From the IMG/VR virus record IMGVR_UViG_3300031088_000759: 64,000 bases of DNA; one strand, given 5' to 3'. This DNA is from a virus. The notes under the pieces are model-generated. The model saw only the letters and a list, made by a program, of their open reading frames with translations. It searched no databases and was not told where the DNA came from. The translations under genes and the position numbers were made by a program. Positions 52,628 through 63,151 of this stretch are shown piece by piece. The stretch's first letter is position 1. Each line of letters begins with the position of its first letter.

Positions 52628-52924
52628 GTGTTTTAAGTTATGGTAGGAATCGAACCTACTTAAAGTGCTCCCACGCACCCTGTTTTTACCATTAAACTAC
52701 ATAACAGGAGAAACTTTCATCAACCCTTTTTTCATCGTTATCAGGTGCTCGATAGCCTGAATACCTGTTCCCAGTGCATTATCCCGATTTTATGCTATAA
52801 CGAAAACCATATGATTACTTGTTAAAACTTCCATAACATTATGTACACTTGTGAAACTTCTTTTTTAACTTTTGTCACTTAGGTAAAGTTCAACAAGAAT
52901 GTTAACACTGCTTATTAAACTTCG

Positions 52925-52996
52925 TAGTCATGGAGAATTTCGAAATCTCAACCCCTTGCGTGTAAAGCAAGTGCTCTTCCTTTGAGCTACACGACT
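52925..52996 (-). tRNA. tRNA-Val(UAC)
   Basis: tandem paralog of 52556-52627. Confidence 0.8.
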
Positions 52997-53342
52997 AAAA
53001 TTCTATTGTTTACCCGCGTGCAACCTCTAACACCGGCCCTCTCAACTTTTATTGAGTGTGCTTCCTTTATTTCAGCTTCTTAGATGAAGCCTTCCTTGCT
53101 TTACACCACACAATAGAATAAGTTTTTATAAAATTATCAAACATCTTTTCTTACATTAGAAGTATAACATATTAAAAAATAATTGTCAAGTTTTAAAAAA
53201 TAGTAAGGAAATCATAGTCTGCACTCTCAGAAGCAACTCATCAAACAATCGCACTAACGACAACAATTTACTCACCGGTTTTCAACTGTATCGCACTACC
53301 TGTTGAGGCTATTCTTGAGCAAGGTAGTTTTCTTTCCATACG

Positions 53343-53415
53343 TGCCATTCCTCGGGGTCGAACCGAGAACCTTCCGGGCTTCAACCGGACGCTCTTCCAA
53401 CTGAGCTTGAAAGGC
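53343..53415 (-). tRNA. tRNA-Phe(GAA)
   Basis: cloverleaf. Confidence 0.87.
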
Positions 53416-53530
53416 AAACCCTCGTAAACGTCTCATCTAGAGAAGTCTACAAGGAATAAACTTGTATAAAGCACTCAGAACTGCTCTATATGCCTTTTTA
53501 AGCGACTTATAGGTTCTTCTTCACACTTCG

Positions 53531-53839
53531 TGGCGCAGACCGGATTTGAACCAATGATATGACATTATGAGCGTCATTTGAATTCTCCCCGTAGCTAAAG
53601 CCAGGGGATTCTTACCTCAAACAGCCTGCGCCAGCGAACCAGCAACAGGTCTTACATTCTCAACAGTAAAAGGGTTAAAACCAGCCCTATATAAAACATT
53701 ATATCAAATAATCTTGATATAATGCTGTTTGTATGAAAATTGTTTTTATTTTTGTTTAATTGTTTTCCTCCCCCATAGCTAAAAGCAAGGGGCATCCAAC
53801 AACAAAACGATTGGTGATACCGAACTTCACTACCGCGCA
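53531..53839 (-). pseudogene. tRNA-Met(CAU) interrupted by mini IS element
   Basis: removing 53578-53813 restores D arm GTGA-AGTTCGGTA-TCAC then anticodon arm TGACG-CTCATAA-TGTCA. Confidence 0.85.
53578..53813 (-). mobile_element. non-autonomous IS605 derivative carrying left end + omegaRNA + right end
   Basis: near-identical to 27883-27930 and ~29005-29128; follows TCAC, ends TTCAA; no ORF. Confidence 0.88.
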
Positions 53840-53933
53840 TCAACTTAGGTAACGGTAACCCGCTGAGAGAACAATTAATCCCTAAGTAAATTAATCGCTA
53901 ATATTTTTCAATATTCTGTTATTTCACAGCCCG

Positions 53934-54006
53934 TGGACACTATGAGAATTGAACTCACCACACCGATCTTGCAAGGATCAGTCGCCCCCTTGGTACATGA
54001 GCGCCC
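53934..54006 (-). tRNA. tRNA-Ala(UGC)
   Basis: cloverleaf, G3-U70. Confidence 0.8.
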
Positions 54007-54504
54007 AAATGTTCAACAATCAAAAATTATTCAACAAATTTTCCAACACTGACTTCAGTATAACATATTTCATAACATTCTGAAGTTTTTACAGCGATTT
54101 TATCAACTCTTTGGCAAACTACTGCGAGAAAACTTAGCTTTAGACTTCGAAGCTTCTGCTGCTTTTTTCCACAATTCCTCATCATTAAGAACAGCCAATT
54201 CATCATCAGTCAAATCTTTATTTTCTTCAAACTTTTCTACATTATTATTCATACTTCGCTCCTAAGTTTTAAAAAATCCAATATCATTTGCTTAGACATA
54301 GAAAAATGTGAACACCCAAATGATCAGGTGTAATGTAAGTCAATTTCTTTAAATCTAAATGTAATGATACGTGATCATTAAAAAATTATAAAAACTTGTT
54401 AAATAACCTTACCTTTGTATTGTTGTTCTTTTTGAACCAATATTTCAAGCAACTGATACAAGCAACTGATAATAGCCAAAGGTATTTATTGTTATTGTTT
54501 AGCG

Positions 54505-54591
54505 CGGAGAGCAAGGGAATTGAACCCTCACCGCTGTTACACGGACATGTTTTCGAGACAAGCACGACAAACCAATATTCGACTACTCTCC
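54505..54591 (-). tRNA. tRNA-Ser(CGA)
   Basis: long arm. Confidence 0.85.
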
Positions 54592-54627
54592 AAAGCAACA
54601 ATTGCTAATACAACATATATTGTATCG

Positions 54628-54700
54628 CTCCCAGGGTAGGAATCGAACCTACGATGGCTCTGATTCAAAGTCAGAGTTGCGTGCCAGCACACACCGGGGA
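54628..54700 (-). tRNA. tRNA-Gln(UUG)
   Basis: cloverleaf. Confidence 0.85.
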
Positions 54701-54730
54701 ATAAATATTTTGAACAATTTTTATTCAAAG

Positions 54731-54810
54731 CGGAAGGCACGGGATTCGAACCCGCAACCCTATCGGGCGACCGATTTCAAGTCGGTGTGCTAACCATTCG
54801 CCTACCTTCC
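54731..54810 (-). tRNA. tRNA-Ser(UGA)
   Basis: long arm. Confidence 0.88.
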
Positions 54811-55053
54811 AAAATTCTTGAAGACTGTTGTTTTTCTCAGCTCTTTCACAAGGTTGCCACAAAAATTAAGACCATAGTTTAGAGGGCTTGTGATCCCACT
54901 TCCACTAATTCTCATCAATGGTATCAGATCTTCAAGAACAAGATTATTGAAAATACACTATTAAAATTATCAAATATTTTTAAACTTATTATGAATAAGT
55001 ATAACACAATATTTTTCTTTTGTCAAATTTATTGTTTAAATATTTGATAAATG

Positions 55054-55125
55054 AGCCTATGGTGCGAATTGAACGCACGACTTCCATCGTACCAAGATGG
55101 TGATCTACCACTGATCTACACAGGC
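55054..55125 (-). tRNA. tRNA-Thr(GGU)
   Basis: cloverleaf. Confidence 0.85.
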
Positions 55126-55148
55126 AAAATATGTTTGAAAATTTTAAG

Positions 55149-55224
55149 CACGCCTGACAGGATTTGAACCTGCATGTATCCGTTAACCTTTCAGCTGGTT
55201 CGAAGCCAGAGGGTTTACAAGCGC
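55149..55224 (-). tRNA. atypical re-wired tRNA-Arg(UCG)
   Basis: acceptor GCGCTTG/CAGGCGT, loop CT-TCG-AA, no D arm; AACGGATA placed 3' of anticodon arm. Confidence 0.7.
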
Positions 55225-55547
55225 ATATCTTACACTCCGCTAAAAGTATAAGAAAGGTAATCAGACTGAGAATACATCTTCTTATCAGCAAACTTTTGTC
55301 AGATTATGGATTCCTGACGTTTCCACGATATCCCTACCGTATTTGCCATGCCTGGTAAGTTAAGCTCACCAATCTTTATGTTATACGCTACTCCACAGAT
55401 TTCAATTCGACAAACAGTTGCAAGCCATTCATCTGCATTACTTTCTTATGAACTTTACAAAACCTTGCGAGCTTCATAAAGACTTGATTCTCAAAGAGTC
55501 AAGCATTAAGGCACTTTCGCACATAACAGGAAAAGTCTTTCGCTTTT

Positions 55548-55618
55548 TACAATATACAGGAGTCGAACCTGTAACGCATCGTTTTGAGACGATTGTTCTG
55601 CCATTGAACTAATATTGG
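55548..55618 (-). tRNA. Trp-like tRNA with 6-nt anticodon loop (CTCAAA)
   Basis: D arm AGTTCAATGGCAGAAC; stem ATCGT/ACGAT. Confidence 0.5.
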
Positions 55619-56028
55619 GAATAATGACTGGAGATGTGCTTTTCCATGAAGCTTCGCAACCTTTGGGATTACAAAATACTTCACACCTCTCCCGCTTTCA
55701 TTGTCACACTACTCACAGTCAAAGCTTTATAATGAATTCGCCAATCCATTAATAAACTTTATAGTATCCGCCTTTGATTGACAGTCTCAGACTAAAATAC
55801 CTTCCTACAAGAAGTTTCTGTTTATTGTAACCCACTCATCTACCCTGCGTGGATAGCTTTCTTTACACCGATTGGCTCTGAGAAAGATGTGGCAACTCAC
55901 AAAAACCGTATCCAGTTCCACCTGAATACTTAACTCATAGAAATTGTATGATTTACCTTTTATCAAGGCGATAGATTGTCACACTACCTTTCACTAACTT
56001 ACGCTAGCTTATGCGTCATACCGCTTTG

Positions 56029-56108
56029 CGGAAGGCACGAGACTCGAACTCGCAACCCTATCGGGCATCATCGTTCCAGGATGACTGCTTTCCATTCGCT
56101 TACCTTCC
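56029..56108 (-). tRNA. tRNA-Ser(GGA)
   Basis: long arm. Confidence 0.87.
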
Positions 56109-56274
56109 AGGAGATCCACCAAGGTTTTCAGCCAAGATCTTTTTAAACCGTTTTGAAAAGTTTAAAATGTGTTATGAATATTTTACACCAGTGGATAATG
56201 AAAGATTGTCATAAATTTAATTAAACAATTCTTTAAAAATTCAGGTATAAATCACGAAAGATTCACTCCGAAAG

Positions 56275-56346
56275 TGCCTCCACAAGGATTCGAACCTTGG
56301 ACCTGTCGCTTAAAAGGCGAAAGCTCTACCGCTGAGCTATAGAGGC
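56275..56346 (-). tRNA. tRNA-Lys(UUU)
   Basis: cloverleaf. Confidence 0.9.
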
Positions 56347-56449
56347 ATAAACAATATTCTGCTAAGAAGGAATTGTTAAACCTTGAATAATTGCTTTATT
56401 TAATTCGTCTTTATCAATCATATTTTTACCTTACTTTTACCCCGCTAAG

Positions 56450-56525
56450 CGCGCCCAAAGGGACTCGAACCCCCATGTATCCATTAGCCTTTCTACTCGT
56501 CCGTAGCGAGAGGGCATATAGGCGC
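56450..56525 (-). tRNA. atypical re-wired tRNA-Arg(ACG)
   Basis: acceptor GCGCCTA/TGGGCGC, loop CT-ACG-GA, no D arm; AATGGATA placed 3' of anticodon arm. Confidence 0.7.
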
Positions 56526-56579
56526 ATTATTTAACTATTCTACCTCACTCTTTCTTCAAAGTTTTTGGTAAAATAAAAG

Positions 56580-56654
56580 GGTGCCATACGAGATTCGAAC
56601 TCGCACTCTCCCGAGTCACAGTCGGGGGCTTTAACCAGTTAAGCTAATGGCACC
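56580..56654 (-). tRNA. tRNA-His(GUG)
   Basis: cloverleaf with G-1. Confidence 0.88.
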
Positions 56655-56791
56655 ATGATAATAAAATTCGCTAACATTCAACAAACTTATTATTATATTT
56701 TTCATACTATTTTTAAATCCTCTATGAAAAGGATTATACAACACCCTATTTGCTCTTAGTGATTTTCCTGAAGGAAGAAACAAGGGTTAAG

Positions 56792-56862
56792 CGGGAACAC
56801 GAAGAATCAAACTCCGGCCAAGAGGTTTGGAAGCTCTTGTGCTATCACTACACCATATTCCC
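56792..56862 (-). tRNA. tRNA-Trp(CCA)
   Basis: loop TT-CCA-AA. Confidence 0.78.
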
Positions 56863-56983
56863 ATACAACAACATGTTCATAAAACATATTGAAGAATAAT
56901 TATCCAAGACAGGATTCGAACCTGCAAGTTATTGTCAATCCTTTTTCAAGGCAAGTGTTTACCATTCCACCACTCGGATAAAG

Positions 56984-57056
56984 TGCCTTCCCTCGGGGTC
57001 GAACCGAGAACCTTCCGGGCTTCAACCGGACGCTCTCCCATCTGAGCTTGAAAGGC
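56984..57056 (-). tRNA. tRNA-Phe(GAA)
   Basis: cloverleaf. Confidence 0.87.
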
Positions 57057-57181
57057 AAGATCCCATAAACGTTTCATCACGAAAAATTTATGGAACATAT
57101 TAAAATCAACTGGTTTAAATAATTCCCTAAGATTGATGAAGTCTTAGTTAGGTTATCATCCTAAAATTATTCAGACCTTCG

Positions 57182-57252
57182 AGGCGCGTAGGAGAGTTGA
57201 ACTCCTCTAGGCTGTTTTGCAGACAGCTACCTGGCCGCTCGGTCAACGCGCC
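57182..57252 (-). tRNA. tRNA-Cys(GCA)
   Basis: cloverleaf, U73. Confidence 0.9.
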
Positions 57253-57737
57253 ATATGTTTTACTTAACCCGCAGGTCAAGTAAATTTTTTTAAATATATT
57301 CATAAAAATATTATACCAAGAAAAAGAGTATTTTGTTAATATTTTTTCAAATATTAGTCCATAACCGAAGAATCGAACTTCGCAAAAATAATAAATATTC
57401 ACCATATTATCAGTATGGCAGCTCCAACCAGTTGCGTTTGTTATGGAAAGCTGAATAGATTGCCCCGTCCACGCCTCTATTCTGTTATGCCTGCCATTCC
57501 ATACATAACACCCATTTATTCATTCACCATTATGTTTGTCAGCCCCTTTAAAAGTAAAGTAGATTACCTTTACTCCCACGCTCAAACATTACCACCCCTT
57601 GATTTAATAATATGGATAGCCCCAATTCTAAAAAGTTAATAACCATTTTAGAAACTGTTTGCTTATACAGCTTTCACTGGTATCTGTTTCAGAACGGCTA
57701 TTAACCGTAAGGGAATCCCACCCTTTTATAAGCAAAG

Positions 57738-57818
57738 TGCCCTCAGAGAGATTCGAACTCTCACTCCTTGCGGAACTTGTGTTTGAAACAAGCGTGTCTA
57801 CCATTCCACCACAAGGGC
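57738..57818 (-). tRNA. tRNA-Leu(CAA)
   Basis: cloverleaf. Confidence 0.87.
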
Positions 57819-57960
57819 ATAATTTAAAGAATATGGCGAATAGGAATCGAACCTATTTCAGCCTGCGCGCAAGTGCTGGTCTCCATGACTCTTTGGGATT
57901 CGAACCCACCCTGCCCGGGACCATATTCTTCAAAATTTTTCAACTTTTTTCAAAGTTAAG

Positions 57961-58044
57961 TGCGTATGAGAGGATTCGAACCTCCAAGCCCTATACGGGC
58001 AACGGCTTCTTAGACCGTCGTGTATACCGTTCCACCACATACGC
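57961..58044 (-). tRNA. tRNA-Leu(AAG), A34
   Basis: long arm, loop CT-AAG-AA. Confidence 0.85.
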
Positions 58045-58218
58045 ATATTGAACGAAGAAAAGAAAGCCTCTTACTTTCTACTGCCGGGAGTTTTTCGCAT
58101 AATCCGCCGACTATGCTACTCGCCCCCAGAGTGCCACCTGGTTAATTCCAGCTTACACCATTTCTTCTTCTATTTATTCAACAACAAGTGCGACCAAGTT
58201 GTCAAACAAATATTTCAG

Positions 58219-58299
58219 TGGTAGTGACAGGATTTGAACCTGCAAGTCCGAAGAGCCTGATTTACAGTCAGGTGAGCCAGCCAATTGCTCAACACTACC
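58219..58299 (-). tRNA. tRNA-Tyr(GUA)
   Basis: cloverleaf. Confidence 0.87.
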
Positions 58300-58497
58300 A
58301 TGCTTTTTACTCTATTTATTTTTCAAACATTTTCTTCAACTTCTTATACAACTATCCTAACATGTTGAAAATATTTTGTCAAGTATCTTCAACAATTAGT
58401 TCAACAATCTTTAACAAGCGTTTTAACGAACTTTCTACAATGTTTTGATGAACTATTCGTTAAGCCTTTAAAAACCTGTGAGAAGGTTTTTAAAGCG

Positions 58498-58568
58498 TGC
58501 CCCCGGTAGGAATCGAACCTACGTCCATGGATTAAAAGTCCAGTGCTAATCCCCTCAGCTACAAAGGC
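58498..58568 (-). tRNA. tRNA-Lys(UUU)
   Basis: cloverleaf. Confidence 0.8.
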
Positions 58569-58614
58569 ATATATAATAAAATATACAAGTTATTCATTTT
58601 TGTTTAAAAACGTT

Positions 58615-59397
58615 CTAAACAAAGCTCCCCGAATAACACTCTCTGGAACAATATTTTCTTTTTTGTGCTGGGACACTGTTAAAGGTTCTTTTACACTTTA
58701 AACATACTGTGTAATTTTTAATACTGGAAAATCTGTCAATAGAAGATTCTTGTATCTTTTTCAAACTTTCCTTATTGTGCTTTTTCCCTTTGAAACCTGT
58801 ATTAGTCAAAGCAAAGCCTTCATGTTTTAAAAATGCTGTTACTTTACGTTTACTCAATCCCAGTTCTTTCGATATTGTTCTTGCAGATTTATTTTCATTA
58901 ATAAACTTTTTAATAATTATTTTTTTATATTTCTTCTCAAACTCTTTCTTTTGTGATTCTAAACTACATTCTAAACACATAGAAGAATCTATTTTTGTGG
59001 TAAATTGAGATCCACAGACACAACTCTTTGTGATTCTCTTTCCACCTTTATATAAAGAATTTGCAATTTTAATTTTAGTTTCTTCTGAATGCTTCCATTT
59101 TTCATTTAAAGAAGGCTTCTTACCATAGTATTTAGGACTCATCTTATTAAACCATTTGATTTCTAAAACATTCAAAATACCATTATCGTATTCGCATTCT
59201 TCCAATACACGAAGAACAATCAAATCAGGAACAGCACCATTAGAATGATACCACTCAACAAAATCTTTGCGCTTATGACTCTTAGATTTTAATTCTTTTA
59301 AATGTGATTTCCAGCGCTGTTCAATATTCTTTGACAAGCCAACATATAAACACTCATTATTATGAGCATCAAAAATACCATATATTCCTACTGTCAT
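58615..59397 (-). CDS. GIY-YIG homing endonuclease
   Basis: MTVGIYGIF...LYVGLSKNIEQRW; HSEETKIKI and GKKHNKES NUMOD3-like motifs. Confidence 0.85.
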   Translation of the reverse strand: MTVGIYGIFDAHNNECLYVGLSKNIEQRWKSHLKELKSKSHKRKDFVEWYHSNGAVPDLIVLRVLEECEYDNGILNVLEIKWFNKMSPKYYGKKPSLNEKWKHSEETKIKIANSLYKGGKRITKSCVCGSQFTTKIDSSMCLECSLESQKKEFEKKYKKIIIKKFINENKSARTISKELGLSKRKVTAFLKHEGFALTNTGFKGKKHNKESLKKIQESSIDRFSSIKNYTVCLKCKRTFNSVPAQKRKYCSRECYSGSFV

Positions 59398-59504
59398 ATT
59401 TTGCTCTTTTCGCTGGTTAAATACTTGTTTCTTACTATGTATCTTACCAATAAAAAAATATTTTTGACAGTTTTTACTAAGAATTTTCAATCATTCTTAG
59501 CAAG

Positions 59505-59589
59505 CTCCCCGACCTGGATTCGAACCAGGACAAGCATTTTCTGTTTACTGAGTCAGAGTCAGTCGTGTTGCCAATTACACTATCGGGGA
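59505..59589 (-). tRNA. tRNA-Gln(CUG), long variable region
   Basis: loop CT-CTG-AC, ~17-nt extra region. Confidence 0.78.
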
Positions 59590-59762
59590 ATAAAAGTAAA
59601 TGTAAAAAGTATAGGACTTATGAAACAATGTTTTCACTGAGCCATTCACCTAATTTTGTTTTCTTCTTTTTACATCCAGATCCTAATTTTTCATAAACCT
59701 TTAAAGAACTTATTGTTCAATTGCAGATTCGAACTGCTTTACGAAAAATTATTCACCTTTCG

Positions 59763-59836
59763 TCTGAGCAGGTGGATTTGAACCACCGATCTCTCCTGTC
59801 CAAGAGGAGTGACTTACCTGACTAGCCTACACCCAG
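59763..59836 (-). tRNA. tRNA-Pro(UGG)
   Basis: cloverleaf. Confidence 0.82.
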
Positions 59837-59984
59837 AAATTGCGACTATGAACAAGCATTCATAGAGGCTTTACGATCATTTTTTTAGAGACATGCCGAA
59901 GTCTCGTTCTTACCGTCCATCCCACGTCAGGGCGACTTCTGTCTAGGTGATACAACCTGTTAAGAATTTGCTTGAATTCTTACG

Positions 59985-60059
59985 TCGGGATAGCAGGATT
60001 TGAACCTGCAGTCTCTTAGCCCCTAACTAAGCGGATTAACCAAATTTTCCTATATCCCG
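59985..60059 (-). tRNA. tRNA-Pro(AGG), A34
   Basis: body like 41568-41642; loop TT-AGG-GG. Confidence 0.82.
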
Positions 60060-60292
60060 TTATTAAAACAAACCATTATCACTCTGCCGCAGATACTATA
60101 GGAGAGCTCAGGAGTCGAACCGTAATGCCTATTCCCTATAGGATAATGATTTGCTAAAAGTGTGTGAAAGAAACCCGGCGTTCAGCCCAACATAAACTAG
60201 CCTAGTATATGTCCGCAACGGGTTTTACAAGGGTGCTCAACTTCCACAATATTGTATTTTCACATGGCTTGTGCTAATTCTACAATATTTCG

Positions 60293-60365
60293 TCGGAAAG
60301 AAAGGAATCGAACCTTTCCTAAAGCGCCCCAAACGCCTCGTGCTCAGCCAATACACCACATTCCG
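60293..60365 (-). tRNA. tRNA-Pro(UGG)
   Basis: cloverleaf. Confidence 0.8.
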
Positions 60366-60467
60366 ATACATAGAACCTGCGTCTATTTTCTTAGCCTTTC
60401 ACTAAGTTTGCCGAGTTTCACGGTCCTGTCCAGAAGTAATTCCATTATACTATTAGCCCATGAAAAG

Positions 60468-60629
60468 TGGACTAAACGGGAATCGAACCCGTTTTTTCTA
60501 GATCCTCGCAGAAGAGGTGGCTTCGATACCACTATTCATCAATAACTTTTTAAAAATTATCGCTCTTCCATGCATGTTCATAGCCCCCGTTCCATCGCTT
60601 GAACATTGCCACACCTTTTCGTATAGCCC
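60468..60629 (-). ncRNA. second tmRNA-like alanine-acceptor RNA
   Basis: 5' GGGCTA (60629 or 60586) pairs with TAGTCC-A, G3-U70, T arm ACGGGTTCGATTCCCGT. Confidence 0.5.
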
Positions 60630-60679
60630 CGTTTTTGTAATATATTGAAAAATTAAGTATTTTGTTCATATTACAAAAG

Positions 60680-60760
60680 TAGCTCAGGTGGGATTCGAAC
60701 CCACAATCCATAAGGCGGCTGATTTTAAGTCAACTGTGTATACCATTCCACCACTGAGCC
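60680..60760 (-). tRNA. tRNA-Leu(UAA)
   Basis: cloverleaf. Confidence 0.88.
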
Positions 60761-60845
60761 ATGTATAGGAGGTCTCGACTCTCCGAAGCAAGACTTAAAG
60801 CGCCTTGCCCGCACCACAATAGGGAGTTGAACCCCAGCTTTACCG

Positions 60846-60918
60846 TGCCCCATCAGGGATTCGAACCCCGGACCTGCTCCTTAAGAGGGAGAAGCTCTAA
60901 CCGCTGAGCTAATGAGGC
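60846..60918 (-). tRNA. tRNA-Lys(CUU)
   Basis: cloverleaf. Confidence 0.9.
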
Positions 60919-61105
60919 AAATAATAGGTAGCTGAGGGCGTTGTTAACGCTTCTATTACCAGTCAGCTTTCAATATATCTATCCCACTCTGGAACAGTCA
61001 CGAACTGTTGGTGGATTCGACCTATTAAAAATCTTTCGCTATTTGTTTATCAATAACTTAACTATAACATGTTGTTAAAATATTGTCAAGTTTTTTGAAG
61101 AAACG

Positions 61106-61190
61106 CTCCCCAACCTGGGTTCGAACCAGGACAAGCAGTTTATGTCTCCTGATCCAAAGTCAGGCGTGTTGCCAATTACACCATTGGGGA
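61106..61190 (-). tRNA. tRNA-Gln(UUG), long variable region
   Basis: paralog of 59505-59589. Confidence 0.78.
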
Positions 61191-61272
61191 ATAAACTCAT
61201 TTGTAAAAACGAGTTAAGTAAACCTTAGTCAATCATTTATATTAGTTTAAATTACAGAATATTGCTCCTGCG

Positions 61273-61343
61273 CTCTTCCACTTGGATTCGAACCAAGAGT
61301 CACTCCTTAACAGGGAGTTGGTTTGCCCTTAACCGATAGAAGA
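61273..61343 (-). tRNA. tRNA-Asn(GUU)
   Basis: cloverleaf. Confidence 0.82.
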
Positions 61344-61376
61344 ATATTTTGTATAAAATTCTATAAGAATAATACG

Positions 61377-61458
61377 CTCTCGCACCTGGACTCGAACCAG
61401 GAGGTATAAATACACAGGTTAACAGCCTGCCCCGCTGCCAGTTACGGTTTATACGAGA
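61377..61458 (-). tRNA. tRNA-Asn(GUU), long variable region
   Basis: loop CT-GTT-AA, extra hairpin GTATTTATAC. Confidence 0.75.
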
Positions 61459-61813
61459 ATGATGTTCAAAAGAAATAACCTTTTGAACAGTTGCTATATG
61501 TATATTGTTCAACATGTCGTTATTTGACAATAATGTTGTATAAATATAACAGAAGTTTTATTTATATTCCGCATAAGCGGCGCTCCACCTCCAGAATCAG
61601 GTTATGTCTCACGACAATACCTTCAACCTTAAATTGAGGTCAAACACATATTTCCCTATCGACGGTAACGTATGATTGCGTCATCACTATCTTCCACCAG
61701 CTCGTGCGCCTGGTCCTATATTAAATTAAAGTCTATGTCCACAGTTTAACATAATTTAATTTTTTGTCAAATTTTGTAAAACTTGTGTATATTCATATTA
61801 TATCATCAATAAA

Positions 61814-61845
61814 TCTCGTTGTCAACTCTGGACAAGTCCTCAACC
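61814..61845 (-). repeat. 31-nt leader motif copy 6
   Basis: TTGTC-CAGAGTT-GACAA compensatory variant. Confidence 0.8.
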
Positions 61846-62333
61846 ATTGATTATGTTTATATGAACAGCCTACACTGCTTTAAAAACTTTGTCAAATGTA
61901 TTCAATTATGTTTTCTTTGTGGGATTTTCACGATGCTCTTCGGCTTCTTTTATCAAGGCTTTCGTGGGAAACCTTTGAGATTCATTTAATCAGATTATTT
62001 AAATTATAATTATGTTGTTGAATCTCGGATTGCCATGTATTATGCTTCAACCCTGAGGGGAGCTGACACAAGGAGGCACCCGTAAATCGCTGTGAGCGAC
62101 TATTGGCTTGTTTGGTAATTGTATACTCAGCCATTTCGGAACCTCCTAATCTTTTGTGTCTTTTAGCAATCGAATTATTTTCTAAACAATATCAGAAAGT
62201 TGTTTTTTCTTTTTCAACTTTCGATAAACATATCTTAACAAATATTTTTCAACTTGTCAAGAAGCAATATCAAAACTTTTTAAAAAACCTTATTTGTGCT
62301 GTTCAAAGCATATAAAAAATTTTTAAACATTTA

Positions 62334-63089
62334 TCAGAACAGTGTTTCTTCCTTGTTGGAGTTTTCTTTAAATTTTATCTCAGAGTTCAGAACGTTGCTC
62401 TCTGGTGAACCTTCTAGAGTAATCAAATCTCCTGAACTAGAATTTCTTAGATCTTTCCAGTTGTCAGGAACAAGTGTGTACGAAACTTTTCTTTTTTCAG
62501 CTTGTTTAATTGTGTTTGGCCTAACATCCAGTGCTGTGAGAATAACTTCTATTTCTGTGTCAGGGTGTTGATCAGTCAAAGCGTTGCGATATCTGACACA
62601 TTGATCAATAGCTCCTAGCATGGCAATTCTTTTGACTTCTACTCCTAATAGTCCTGTTTCTGTTTTGAACATTAGATCAATCGCTCCTGCAGAAGTTTGA
62701 TACTCACGTTCTAATGGTGTTAAACCTTTTCTTATAATGTTAGGGTTGTCAAATAACCAAGCTTGTAAATGTGCTTCTGTTCCATCTCGTACTAACGGAA
62801 CAGAACCATCATCTAATTCTTGATCAAAATCGGCTAAGACTTTGTATATAGATACTTCAATATATTCTTTCCTGCTGTCAAACCGCCACGTCATGATGCC
62901 TGTGTCTTCATCAATTGTTTCAGTGAATGTGTTGTCTTTACCCATATAGTTCAAAGGTTTGTTGCTTATATCATTATGTACACTTACAGCACCATCTTGT
63001 TTGATCATTATAGATCTTATTGCTCTACCTAATGTAGTATCTCCACGCCCTGAGTATAAGACAGAACATTCAGCAATGATGATTCTCAT
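62334..63089 (-). CDS. nucS: mismatch-specific endonuclease NucS/EndoMS
   Basis: MRIIIAECSVLYSGR, KPLNYM, DGTEAHLQ, REYQTSAGAIDL, VEVKR, DQCVRY. Confidence 0.88.
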   Translation of the reverse strand: MRIIIAECSVLYSGRGDTTLGRAIRSIMIKQDGAVSVHNDISNKPLNYMGKDNTFTETIDEDTGIMTWRFDSRKEYIEVSIYKVLADFDQELDDGSVPLVRDGTEAHLQAWLFDNPNIIRKGLTPLEREYQTSAGAIDLMFKTETGLLGVEVKRIAMLGAIDQCVRYRNALTDQHPDTEIEVILTALDVRPNTIKQAEKRKVSYTLVPDNWKDLRNSSSGDLITLEGSPESNVLNSEIKFKENSNKEETLF

Positions 63090-63151
63090 GAATTTTTCAA
63101 CAACTTTCTTTACAGTTTGACAATGTGGTTTATTTGATAATTACAATTTTA

